This document shows positions 53,211-62,156 of a stretch of 64,000 bases of DNA, one piece after another; positions within the stretch are counted from its first letter, which is position 1; each line of letters begins with the position of its first letter. This stretch comes from Geopsychrobacteraceae bacterium (GTDB lineage Bacteria > Desulfobacterota > Desulfuromonadia > Desulfuromonadales > Geopsychrobacteraceae): contig CAXXTB010000001.1 of NCBI GenBank assembly GCA_963676795.2, positions 1,312,001 through 1,376,000 of the forward strand. The letters run 5' to 3'. Under the pieces are notes generated by a model that made no database searches, was not told the origin of the DNA, and worked only from the letters and a program-made list of their open reading frames with translations. A program made the position numbers and the translations under genes.

Positions 53211-53237
53211 AGCGTTGTGCTAAATTTGCATATCGCT
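53211..53237. promoter_or_regulatory. Candidate ModE box
   Basis: AGCGTTGTGC-N7-GCATATCGCT imperfect palindrome about 45 nt upstream of the modE-like start. Confidence 0.6.
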
Positions 53238-53364
53238 TTTCAAAAAAAATCTGAATCATGTGTGTGAGTCAGATCATAATTCTCTATTTATATTCCATCG
53301 ACAAAATTCGAACAACACAGATTGCTATCCGCGGTGATTTTTTTTCGTTCGTAAAATTCACTTG

Positions 53365-53428
53365 GCTTCACAATGTGAAATAGTATATTGTCATGTAAAA
53401 CAGTATGCTCCTTTGTTTTCTATGTCAA
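53365..53428 (-). promoter_or_regulatory. Minus-strand sigma70 promoter with paired 17-bp operators, facing modE-like/moaA
   Basis: Minus strand TTGACA(53428-53423)-17 bp-TACTGT(53405-53400); boxes at 53385-53401 and 53365-53381. Confidence 0.6.
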
Positions 53429-53609
53429 TATAAAATGATTTAATGGATAGCACGACGGGTTTGGCTGAGAATAAATCTGATTCTTTTGGCCATGTCTCAG
53501 TAAATTCAGTTACTTGTCGCAGGTTTTCTGCTGCGTTTATATTGCTTTAGTTGTTAATTAGGGGATAAATCCTGCAATGGTGCTTGATGACGTGATTGAG
53601 AGGTGGAGA

Positions 53610-54437
53610 ATGGTTGAAGCGGGAGGGAAGTTTAACGCTATCGAAAAGGCATTGCTTGTTCTGTCTTATTTTGCAGACAACAATAGCCCAATCGGAACGA
53701 CAGAACTCTCTGAGCAACTGAGCCTCAATAAAACGACGATCAGCAGGATCGTGAATACACTTAAGCGTGAAGGGTTTCTCGAGCAGAATCCTTTGACAAA
53801 ACAGTATAGCCTGGGACCGACGGTTGCCAGGTTGAGTAAATCCATCACTCAGAGTCTCGACGGGCAGAGCGCTATTATTGCTCAACCGTACTGTGACCGT
53901 TTGCGTGATGAGGTCGGCGAGACTGTCCACTTCGAGGTTCTTTCCGGAAATCATATCTATCTTGCTTATGCAGCACGTGGGCGCAATCCTGTATCGGTAT
54001 CTATTGCCATTGGTGACAGAGTCTATCCCCATGTTCACGCCGGAGCAAAGTGTATCGCTGCCTATACTCACCCTCGCCTGGTTGATAAGTGGCTGCAGAA
54101 TCATTTGCCGAAATATTATGAGGACACGGTTATTGATTCAGCAAAGATCATGGGCAGCTACAATGAGATCATAGAAAACGGCCTTGCGGTTGACGATGGC
54201 CAGTACAATAGAAGTATTTACGCAATAGCAGCCCCTATTTTTGATAATAATGGTCGCGCTGCTGCCAGTATCGTCGTTGTTGCGCCTTATATGCGCAAGG
54301 CCAACCTGGAAAAGGAAGAGGTGATTGCTGCAACCAAGCAGACAGCAAAATTCGTGTCTGAAAGGCTGCTTTGTCCTCAGAAATATGAAGATTTGTGCGG
54401 GCTTTATCTTGAAAATGCAAATGTCTGCACGCTCTAA
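53610..54437 (+). CDS. IclR-family transcriptional regulator
   Basis: AIEKALLVL HTH start, LNKTTISRIV, YSLG, VGETVH, AGAKC, AIAAPIFD; start 53610 or 53577. Confidence 0.9.
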   Translation: MVEAGGKFNAIEKALLVLSYFADNNSPIGTTELSEQLSLNKTTISRIVNTLKREGFLEQNPLTKQYSLGPTVARLSKSITQSLDGQSAIIAQPYCDRLRDEVGETVHFEVLSGNHIYLAYAARGRNPVSVSIAIGDRVYPHVHAGAKCIAAYTHPRLVDKWLQNHLPKYYEDTVIDSAKIMGSYNEIIENGLAVDDGQYNRSIYAIAAPIFDNNGRAAASIVVVAPYMRKANLEKEEVIAATKQTAKFVSERLLCPQKYEDLCGLYLENANVCTL

Positions 54438-54539
54438 CTAGTCGAAGGATGTTTCTATCCAACTGGAAAGCATAGGGAAATGCCCGTGTGGACTGGGCTT
54501 TGGCTGATTTTTAGTTAAATTTTGTTAGTAAAAATAATA

Positions 54540-54603
54540 TTGACATTGGGCGCCGCTCAAACTAGTGTAGCGCCAGGTAAAACAGCTTTTTGTATTGTGA
54601 AAC
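54540..54603 (+). promoter_or_regulatory. Sigma70 promoter with paired 17-bp operators
   Basis: TTGACA-17 bp-TAGTGT; boxes at 54567-54583 and 54587-54603. Confidence 0.55.
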
Positions 54604-54931
54604 TTGGGTGCATGTTTTTTTGTTTGGCTCGTTAAGGCTCGCTCGCTATGCCTTATCTGGATAGCGCCAGGTTAATATGAAGGCTGGAAAAATAGGTTCA
54701 TTAGACTTACTGGAGGGGTAAGGTCTGTCGAATCGGATTTGGATTGCAGTCTGGCAACTGAATCTGTCTTTATCTCTTCCGTAGAAGCTTGACTATACTG
54801 CCATAATCTGTCGATTTTGAGATTGGTTGTCGGGCGTCGTTTGTAAAATTATTTTATTTTTGAAATTTCCATGTTTTGCCAATGCTTGCATCCATGAGTC
54901 GCTAAGCTGCTTATATCAATGGTCTATTTAG

Positions 54932-55005
54932 TTGACAAATTGGATGGGCGATGTGTATAAGTAAATAAGTTTTACAATATGGTTTTTAGTCTCATATTGT
55001 AAAAC
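54932..55005 (+). promoter_or_regulatory. Sigma70 promoter and operator for the SSS/ABC unit
   Basis: TTGACA-18 bp-TATAAG, then perfect 13-bp inverted repeat GTTTTACAATATG-N11-CATATTGTAAAAC. Confidence 0.65.
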
Positions 55006-55130
55006 GGCGTGATGGCTGCCACTGTCAGGCAAAATTGATTTTATGAATAATACCATTTGTTTGGGTTGTTGAGTCGTTAATATTTTAACGCTGCCTCAGG
55101 GGTGGAGGCATTACCAACAAGGAGGTTCAA

Positions 55131-55280
55131 ATGGGCAATCTGTCAAATAACTTGTCGCTACAATCTCTAACCTTACTTGTGCCTAGCTGCGCAACATACC
55201 TGATGTCCGCAAGCTGCCGTCCGGCAGTCGATCGCAACACCAGGGTGCTGTTCCAGTACCTCATTAATAGTTCCGTATAG
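55131..55280 (+). CDS. Putative 49-aa leader ORF/small protein
   Basis: AAGGAGG SD 5 nt upstream; MGNLSNNLSLQSLTLLVPSCATYLMSASCRPAVDRNTRVLFQYLINSSV*; no recognisable family. Confidence 0.4.
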   Translation: MGNLSNNLSLQSLTLLVPSCATYLMSASCRPAVDRNTRVLFQYLINSSV

Positions 55281-55443
55281 CCCTTTTGATCAGTCCTGTG
55301 CCATGAGCTGTGCCTGCAGCTTTTCGTATGGGGATTTGTATCTAGTGTTTGTTTTAATGCGTGGATTTGCGGTTGTCTTGCATAACGTTAGACAGGTGCT
55401 GCCACAAACTTTATTCACAGCATGAAGAGGTTGAGGAATCAAA

Positions 55444-56916
55444 ATGTCTAGTCCTATTATTTACGCTGCGATCTATTTCATCATTGTTGTTTTCGGGTCG
55501 TGTTTCTACTTCCGCGGGAAAGTCAAGAACGTAGATGACTTTACCACTGGTGGTAAGACACTCAAGTGGTACATGGTTGCCTCCGGTCTGGCGCTGATCC
55601 CGCTCGGTTCCGGTCACACCATGAACCTCTGGGAAGCATCTGCGGGCTTAGGTGCCGGGGTTCTGTTCTGGCCGGTTATCGTCGGTGGTATCTTCCTGCC
55701 GCTCGCTACCCTGTGGTTTGGTCCATGGCTGCGCGAGCTGAATGTCCAGACTTTCCCAGAGTCTCTCGAAATGCAGTTCGGTCCTGCGATGGGTTACCTT
55801 AACGGTGCCGTCAATACTGCCACCTGGACCGGTATCTGTATGGGTGAGACCCTGGCGACCGGTGGTGCCATCTATGGTCTGACCGGTGGTGCTATTCCGT
55901 TCAAGCCTTGGTGTATCATCATTGCCTTTGTTCTGATCATGGTTTACGTTATCTTCGGTGGCGTTCTTCAGTATTCCATCGTCAGTACTGTTAACGCAAC
56001 CGTCATGATCGTCGGTTCTTATATCGCTCTGATCATGACCGGTGGCTGGCTGTCTGCCAATGCTATGGGTTGGACCGGTGTTGTAGAGCACTACACCGCT
56101 CTTGATCAGGCCTGGAAGCTTGAGATCTTCCGCTTCTCTCCTGACCTGTTCTTCCAGATCATCATCCCTGTTGCTGTTCTGCACATCACTGCTGCAGCTG
56201 TTACTCAGGGTGTTTACATTCCGATCTTCGCTGCCAAGTCGACTCAGGAAGTCCGTAAGGCTACCTTCCTGGCTGCCTGTATCAACGGTATGTCCTCTTT
56301 CCCATGGGTTCTGATGGGTCTGGCCGCTATGACCATTCCTTCCATCGCTGCCGGTGGTGCCAAGCTGTCCGTTATCAATCACGCTCTGCAGAACCTGCCA
56401 GCGCCGATCGTCGGTCTGCTGATGGTCTGTCTGCTTGCTGCTACCCTGTCCACCGGTTCCAGCGTCATGCTGGGTAACGCCACCGTTATTGTCAACGTTA
56501 TCCTCAAGCGCGCCTGCTTCCCGAACATGAAGCCGGAAACCGAGTTCAAGCTGATGCGTCCGATGATCATTGTCTGTGGTCTGGCTGCCTGCGTACCTGC
56601 TCTGGTTGCGCCGATGATCTTCCCGATCTTCCTCTGGTGTTTCTCCTTCGGTATCCCGATGTTCTTCGTCTGGTTGGTCGGTATGGTCTGGAAGTGCAGC
56701 AAGGCCGCTGCCTGGATTACCATTCTGGTGACCTACCTGATCAACTTCATCTGGACCTTTGCGACACCTAGCTGGGCACCAGGTCCATTCGCACTGAACA
56801 TGTATCCTGTTACCGTCAGCGCGATCGTGCTGATCATTGTTCTGAATGCGATTCTGCCTGGTGAGACTGGTCTGCTCAAGCGTCATCGCGCCGCTCAGGC
56901 CTCTAAAGCTGCTTAA
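55444..56916 (+). CDS. Sodium:solute symporter (SSS) family protein
   Basis: 490 aa, about 13 TM; DDFTTGGK, YVIFGG, LLAATLST; strong codon bias. Confidence 0.85.
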   Translation: MSSPIIYAAIYFIIVVFGSCFYFRGKVKNVDDFTTGGKTLKWYMVASGLALIPLGSGHTMNLWEASAGLGAGVLFWPVIVGGIFLPLATLWFGPWLRELNVQTFPESLEMQFGPAMGYLNGAVNTATWTGICMGETLATGGAIYGLTGGAIPFKPWCIIIAFVLIMVYVIFGGVLQYSIVSTVNATVMIVGSYIALIMTGGWLSANAMGWTGVVEHYTALDQAWKLEIFRFSPDLFFQIIIPVAVLHITAAAVTQGVYIPIFAAKSTQEVRKATFLAACINGMSSFPWVLMGLAAMTIPSIAAGGAKLSVINHALQNLPAPIVGLLMVCLLAATLSTGSSVMLGNATVIVNVILKRACFPNMKPETEFKLMRPMIIVCGLAACVPALVAPMIFPIFLWCFSFGIPMFFVWLVGMVWKCSKAAAWITILVTYLINFIWTFATPSWAPGPFALNMYPVTVSAIVLIIVLNAILPGETGLLKRHRAAQASKAA

Positions 56917-56950
56917 GATCAGTTAAATTAACTTTAAAGGAGTTGTTAAA

Positions 56951-57058
56951 ATGTGGGTATTTGGTTTGTTTGTACAAGAATTCCTGATGGCTCTGGTCTT
57001 TAGCGGTATCATTTATCTGATCTGGCGCATTACCAGCAGCAATGGACAAAAGTGGTAA
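56951..57058 (+). CDS. 35-aa single-pass membrane micro-protein
   Basis: AAGGAG SD; MWVFGLFVQEFLMALVFSGIIYLIWRITSSNGQKW*. Confidence 0.7.
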   Translation: MWVFGLFVQEFLMALVFSGIIYLIWRITSSNGQKW

Positions 57059-57085
57059 TCTTAATTACACTAGGAGGAATATAAG

Positions 57086-57190
57086 ATGGGTAAAGCAGAA
57101 TTATTGGTAGCAGCTTATATCTGCGTCATTATGCTGGTACTGGGCGGTATGGCTCTGGTCGGCACCTTGGTGAACAAGGGTAAAAAATAA
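57086..57190 (+). CDS. 34-aa single-pass membrane micro-protein
   Basis: AGGAGG SD; MGKAELLVAAYICVIMLVLGGMALVGTLVNKGKK*. Confidence 0.72.
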   Translation: MGKAELLVAAYICVIMLVLGGMALVGTLVNKGKK

Positions 57191-57257
57191 GCGATAGTTT
57201 TTCTGAAATATGTAGCACCTGCTGACACTGAGCACTTCACAAAGACGAGGAGGCTGT

Positions 57258-58529
57258 ATGAGTAACAACATTACAAGACGTAAGTTCATGAAAAATGTTG
57301 CAGTAGCGGGTGCTGCAGTATGTTCAACCGGTCTTATCAATCCCGGTCGCCTGAAGGCGGCCGGGAGAGACCATATACTGATCGGTCGTCCGAATCCGTC
57401 AACGGGCCCGATTGCAAGCTTCGGCGAGGCAACCCCCTGGGTAGATGAAATAGCCTTGGAAGCAATCAACAAAGATGGCGGTATCTTTATCAAAGAACTA
57501 GGTAAAAAATTACCGGTTAAGATCAAGCTGGTCGATACTCAGTCAAGCCCGACCACTGCTGGTGAAGTCGCACAGAAGTTGATCCTGCGTGACGATGTCG
57601 ACATGATGATGGTCCTTCATACCCCTGATACGGTAAATCCTGTATCGGCGATGTGTGATAACCTTGGAGTCCCCTGTATTTCCCTGGATGCTCCAGTCGG
57701 TGCCTGGCTCTCGGGTGGTCCTTATGAATGGTGCTATCACGCTTTCTGGACAGAAGATCAGGTTACCGATACCTATATTGGGATGTGGGAATCTCAGGCG
57801 GCCAAGCACAATAAGACTGTTGGTGTGCTGTGGCAGACCGATCCTGACGGTACCGCATGGCGTCCAATGATTGCCAGAAAAGCAAAGGCGTTGGGCTACA
57901 AGATTGTCGATACAGGACAATTCCCTTACATGATGAAGGATTACAGTTCGATTATTTCGGCATTCAAGAAAGAGAATGTTGATATCGTCTGTGGTAATCT
58001 TATTCCTCCCGATTTTGTCACTTTCTGGCGTCAGGCATACCAGCAGGGCTTTAAGCCTAAGATGGCAACAATTGGCAAGGCAATTCTTTTCCCTTCAAAC
58101 ATTGAAGCCCTTGGTGGGGATCTCGGAGAAGGGCTGCTTACGGAGAATTGGTGGAGTCCTTTCCACCCATTCAAGTCTTCATTTGATGGTATGACAACCA
58201 AGGAGCTCTGTGATAGATGGACAGCTGAAACCAAGAAGCCATGGATTGCTCCACTCGGTTTTAAATATGCTGGCTATGAAATCCTCGCAGATGTTCTCAA
58301 GCGAGCTCAGACTCTCGATAAAAAGGCTTTGCTTAGGGCGATTGCAGAAACTGATATGCAGACAATGGTCGGTCCAATCAAGTACAACGCCGATCATTAC
58401 TCTGAGACACCACTCGTTGGTGGTCAGTGGAAGGCCGGTAAGCAATTCAGGTGGGAGATGGATATTGTCTATAACAAGATAAATCCTCAGATTCCGTTAA
58501 CTGGTGAAATCGAATTTCCGATTCCATAG
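57258..58529 (+). CDS. ABC transporter substrate-binding protein, Liv/HAAT type, Tat-exported
   Basis: TRRKFMK twin-arginine signal; STGPIASFG, INKDGG, DTQS. Confidence 0.88.
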   Translation: MSNNITRRKFMKNVAVAGAAVCSTGLINPGRLKAAGRDHILIGRPNPSTGPIASFGEATPWVDEIALEAINKDGGIFIKELGKKLPVKIKLVDTQSSPTTAGEVAQKLILRDDVDMMMVLHTPDTVNPVSAMCDNLGVPCISLDAPVGAWLSGGPYEWCYHAFWTEDQVTDTYIGMWESQAAKHNKTVGVLWQTDPDGTAWRPMIARKAKALGYKIVDTGQFPYMMKDYSSIISAFKKENVDIVCGNLIPPDFVTFWRQAYQQGFKPKMATIGKAILFPSNIEALGGDLGEGLLTENWWSPFHPFKSSFDGMTTKELCDRWTAETKKPWIAPLGFKYAGYEILADVLKRAQTLDKKALLRAIAETDMQTMVGPIKYNADHYSETPLVGGQWKAGKQFRWEMDIVYNKINPQIPLTGEIEFPIP

Positions 58530-58570
58530 ATCTTAGATTTAATTATTTATTCTATTTTTTTGATATCTGG

Positions 58571-58606
58571 AGGGTGTCTCACTGAAAAGTGAGGCACCCT
58601 TTTTTT
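58571..58606 (+). terminator. Intrinsic terminator inside the ABC cluster, after the binding-protein gene
   Basis: AGGGTGTCTCACT-GAAA-AGTGAGGCACCCT followed by T run. Confidence 0.85.
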
Positions 58607-58785
58607 GACTGGTATGTTATTAGTTACTTGCATTTGGACCACTGTTGTGCTATTTGAAATACTGTTTCATATAGATAAGAGGCAGTGATTCCTATAGCAG
58701 ATTTGAGCAGTTTGATGCGTCGAAATTTTTTTCTTTTTGGCTGATGCGATTTTTTTACTCATAAAGCGTTAGTGGGTGCTGATTC

Positions 58786-59511
58786 ATGAGCGATATTCTT
58801 GTAGTAGAAAATTTGGCAAAGTCCTTCGGGCAGGTCCGTGCAGTTCAGGATGTCTCTGTTTCTGTCCATGAGGGCGAGTTGTTGGGGGTTATCGGTCCGA
58901 ACGGTGCCGGTAAAACTTCCGTGTTTAATCTTTTAACCGGGATCTACCATCCTGATACGGGCTCAATGATGTTTATGGGACAGGATATCAATCACCTGCC
59001 TGTCTATAAGCGCAGTGCGCTTGGCTTAGGGCGGACCTTCCAGATCCCTCGTCCTTTCGGGGATATGACCGTTTACGAGAACCTACTGGTTGCGGCGACC
59101 TTTTCTTCGGGGTTGAAGAAAAGCCAATATCGGGAAACCTTAAGTGAAATTCTCGAATTGACCGGGCTCTATGACAAAGCTAATAACATGGCGCGTACCT
59201 TACGTCTGCTCGACCGTAAGCGTCTTGAATTGGCGCGTGGATTGGCGACAAATCCCAAGCTGCTGTTGATGGATGAAATCGCCGGTGGCTTGACAGAGAG
59301 TGAAGCCTGGGACGTTTTTGAGATCGTCAAAAACATTCAGCAGCGTGGTGTGACGATCATCTGGATCGAGCATATCATGAGTATGATGGCCGCCGCCGAT
59401 CGCCTGCTGGCTTTGGCCCAAGGCACAACGATCATGTGTGATAAGCCGGATGTCGTTATGAACTCTAAGCAGGTTCTTGAATGTTACCTGGGTTCGGAAT
59501 GTGACGTATGA
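58786..59511 (+). CDS. ABC transporter ATP-binding protein, LivG type
   Basis: GPNGAGKT, RTFQIPRPF, LLLMDE, IEH. Confidence 0.92.
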   Translation: MSDILVVENLAKSFGQVRAVQDVSVSVHEGELLGVIGPNGAGKTSVFNLLTGIYHPDTGSMMFMGQDINHLPVYKRSALGLGRTFQIPRPFGDMTVYENLLVAATFSSGLKKSQYRETLSEILELTGLYDKANNMARTLRLLDRKRLELARGLATNPKLLLMDEIAGGLTESEAWDVFEIVKNIQQRGVTIIWIEHIMSMMAAADRLLALAQGTTIMCDKPDVVMNSKQVLECYLGSECDV

Positions 59512-60224
59512 AAAGCGGATCAATCTTAGAAGTCAGTAATTTGTCCGTTCACTACGGCGAGCTTCTCGCGGTAGAGGACATCTCGTTTACCATTGAACCT
59601 GGGCAGGTTGTCTCGATCATCGGGGCTAACGGCGCTGGGAAATCAACAGTCCTAAAATCGATCTCTGGGCTCTGTGCAGCGTCATCCGGTTCGATCAAAT
59701 TTTTGGGTGAGGATGTCACTACCAGTAAGCCTTACCATACGGTAGCTGAAGGGATCGCCATGGTCCCGGAAGGGCGACATATCTTCCCGCGCCTGACCGT
59801 TCGCGAGAATCTGCTGATCGGCTCCTTCACCCCGCGGGCGAGGAAAAACTCTGACAAGAATATCCAGAAGATCTATGAGCTGTTCCCGATTCTGGGGGAG
59901 CGCTGTGATCAGTTTGGGATTAACCTCTCTGGCGGCGAGCAGCAGATGCTGGCGATCGGGAGGGCCTTGATGAGTGAACCTAAACTGCTGCTTTGTGATG
60001 AGATCTCGCTGGGTCTGGCCCCGGTCATTATCAAGGATATCTACGACAAGGTGCATGAGATTCACAATGAAGGAATCTCGATCGTTCTGGTTGAGCAGGA
60101 TATCAAACGCAGTCTGAAGGCCTGTGACTGGGCTTATGTGTTTTTGGAAGGCAAGGTCGTCCTACAGGGGAGCCCTGAAGATTTGACAGAGGATGCTGTC
60201 CAAAAAGCTTATTTCGGGACCTGA
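59508..60224 (+). CDS. ABC transporter ATP-binding protein, LivF type
   Basis: GANGAGKS, VPEGR, LSGGEQQML, LVEQ. Confidence 0.92.
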   Translation: MKSGSILEVSNLSVHYGELLAVEDISFTIEPGQVVSIIGANGAGKSTVLKSISGLCAASSGSIKFLGEDVTTSKPYHTVAEGIAMVPEGRHIFPRLTVRENLLIGSFTPRARKNSDKNIQKIYELFPILGERCDQFGINLSGGEQQMLAIGRALMSEPKLLLCDEISLGLAPVIIKDIYDKVHEIHNEGISIVLVEQDIKRSLKACDWAYVFLEGKVVLQGSPEDLTEDAVQKAYFGT

Positions 60225-60270
60225 TCTGTTATTATTCGTTTCGTCACCCTTTTTGTGAAAAGACGTCATT

Positions 60271-61149
60271 ATGGAAGAGTACTTACAGCTTATCTTAAAT
60301 GGAGTTCTGCTGGGCGGGCTATATGCGGTCGTCGGTGTCGGTTTGTCGATGATCTTTGGTATCGTCAAGCAGGTAAATCTGGCTCATGGTGATTTGATGA
60401 TCGTTGCCAGTTTCTTAAGCATGGTGCTGATCTCAACTTTCAAATTCCTCAACCTCTGGACCGTGTTGATTCTTGTTGTGCCGATCATGTTCGTTGTCGG
60501 CTTTCTGTTGCAGAAATATATTATGATGCGGGTTATGGACAAGGGGATGGAGCCGCCGTTGATCGTTGCCTTCGGTGTGTCGATCATTGTTCAGAACGGC
60601 CTGTTGCTGCTCTTTTCTCCTGATGCCCGTTCCCTGGAAACACCGCTGGCGATCATGTCGATCAAAGTCACGAATATGCTCTATATTCCAATGATGTACG
60701 TTGTCGACTTCTGTGTCGGGGTCGTCGTAATCCTGCTACTGCACTACTTCTTCAAAAAATCCTTCTGGGGTTGGGCTATCCGTGCCGCAGCCGATGATGA
60801 GCAAACAGCCCAGATTATGGGGATCAATACCAATAATATCTATGCCCTGGCGATGGGAATTGCCATCGCGTCAGCTGCTGTTGCCGGAACCCTGGTTGGT
60901 GCGACAAACAACTTCTATCCGCACACCGGTCCGCAATACCTGATCATTGCCTTTGGTGTCATCATCATCGGTGGTGTTGATAGTATGATGGGTTCACTTC
61001 TCGGTGGTGTCATCCTGGGCCTGGCGCAAACTCTTGGCGGTAAATTCTTCGGACCGGGTTACCAGTTGTTGTCGGGTTATGTTCTGTTATTGATTCTGTT
61101 AACCATTCGTCCACAGGGCCTGCTGAGTAAGGCGAGGAGGGCAGATTGA
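60271..61149 (+). CDS. ABC transporter permease, LivH type
   Basis: NGVLLGGLYA, VNLAHG, RPQGL. Confidence 0.92.
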   Translation: MEEYLQLILNGVLLGGLYAVVGVGLSMIFGIVKQVNLAHGDLMIVASFLSMVLISTFKFLNLWTVLILVVPIMFVVGFLLQKYIMMRVMDKGMEPPLIVAFGVSIIVQNGLLLLFSPDARSLETPLAIMSIKVTNMLYIPMMYVVDFCVGVVVILLLHYFFKKSFWGWAIRAAADDEQTAQIMGINTNNIYALAMGIAIASAAVAGTLVGATNNFYPHTGPQYLIIAFGVIIIGGVDSMMGSLLGGVILGLAQTLGGKFFGPGYQLLSGYVLLLILLTIRPQGLLSKARRAD

Positions 61150-62096
61150 ATACCGCACGCATTAGAAATATACGGATCGCCTTCCTGGTTTTGGCCGTTG
61201 TCATCCTGGGTGGGGTTTCGCTCTTCGGCAACGAATATATCAAGCTGATTTTTATGCTGTTCTTTCTCTATATGTCCCTCGGGCAGTTCTGGAACCTGCT
61301 TGGCGGATACTCAGGACTGGTATCTCTGGGGCAGCAGATCTTCATTGGTCTTGGCGGTTACACCCTGGCAGTCACCACGGTCTATTACGGCTTCCCTCTG
61401 TGGCTTGGGGCTCTTGCCAGTGGTGTCTTCTGCCTGATCTTTGCCCTGATTATCAGCCGTTCAATATTCCGCATGAGTGGTGTTTATTTCTCCATCGGGA
61501 CCTGGGTTGTTGCTGAATGTCTGGGGATCTGGTTCAATAACTGGCGCTATGTTCGCATGGGGCAGGGGATGTTTATCAAGCCTGCAAGGCATCTTGATGT
61601 CTCGGATGTTTACTATATCGCTATGGCTGTTGCAATCGTCTCCGTGGCCCTGGTTTACTACTTGATGCGCTCCAAGATCGGTCTGGCCCTGATGGCGATG
61701 CGTGATAATCCCGGTGCAACCGAGGTCTGTGGTGTCTCCGTGTTCAAGAACAAGCTGTACTGCTTTCTGATCAGTTCCTTCTGTACCGGTGTTGTTGCAG
61801 CGGTCCTTTATATGAACATGATCTTTATCCAGCCGGATCAGGCGTTCGGGATTCAGTGGACGGTCGCTCTGGTTTTTATTGCCATCATCGGCGGTATCGG
61901 CACCATCGAGGGACCGATTCTTGGAGCTTTTATCTATGTCATTCTCCAGCAGTGGCTGAGTGATTACGCAAGTATCTCGATGCTGATTCTGGGTGTGATC
62001 GCCATTGTCGTTATGCTCGTTATGCCAAAAGGGATCATGGGAACCCTGCAGCGAAAAATTGGCTTTGAGCTGCTTTCTCCAAGACGCTACCTCTAG
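61146..62096 (+). CDS. ABC transporter permease, LivM type
   Basis: WNLLGGYSGLVSLG, GGIGTIEGPILG, PKGI; TTG start after GAGGAGG. Confidence 0.92.
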   Translation: MNTARIRNIRIAFLVLAVVILGGVSLFGNEYIKLIFMLFFLYMSLGQFWNLLGGYSGLVSLGQQIFIGLGGYTLAVTTVYYGFPLWLGALASGVFCLIFALIISRSIFRMSGVYFSIGTWVVAECLGIWFNNWRYVRMGQGMFIKPARHLDVSDVYYIAMAVAIVSVALVYYLMRSKIGLALMAMRDNPGATEVCGVSVFKNKLYCFLISSFCTGVVAAVLYMNMIFIQPDQAFGIQWTVALVFIAIIGGIGTIEGPILGAFIYVILQQWLSDYASISMLILGVIAIVVMLVMPKGIMGTLQRKIGFELLSPRRYL

Positions 62097-62116
62097 CTGA
62101 GCCTGCGTATTCAGCG

Positions 62117-62156
62117 AAAAAGAGCCGGTCAGTTTTGTCTGATCGGCTCTTTTTTT
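62117..62156 (+). terminator. Intrinsic terminator after the ABC cluster
   Basis: AAAAAGAGCCGGTCAG-loop-CTGATCGGCTC-T7. Confidence 0.85.

Noticed and set aside
55648..56886. 412-aa antisense ORF over the SSS gene
   Set aside because: Shadow ORF explained by the codon bias of the sense gene
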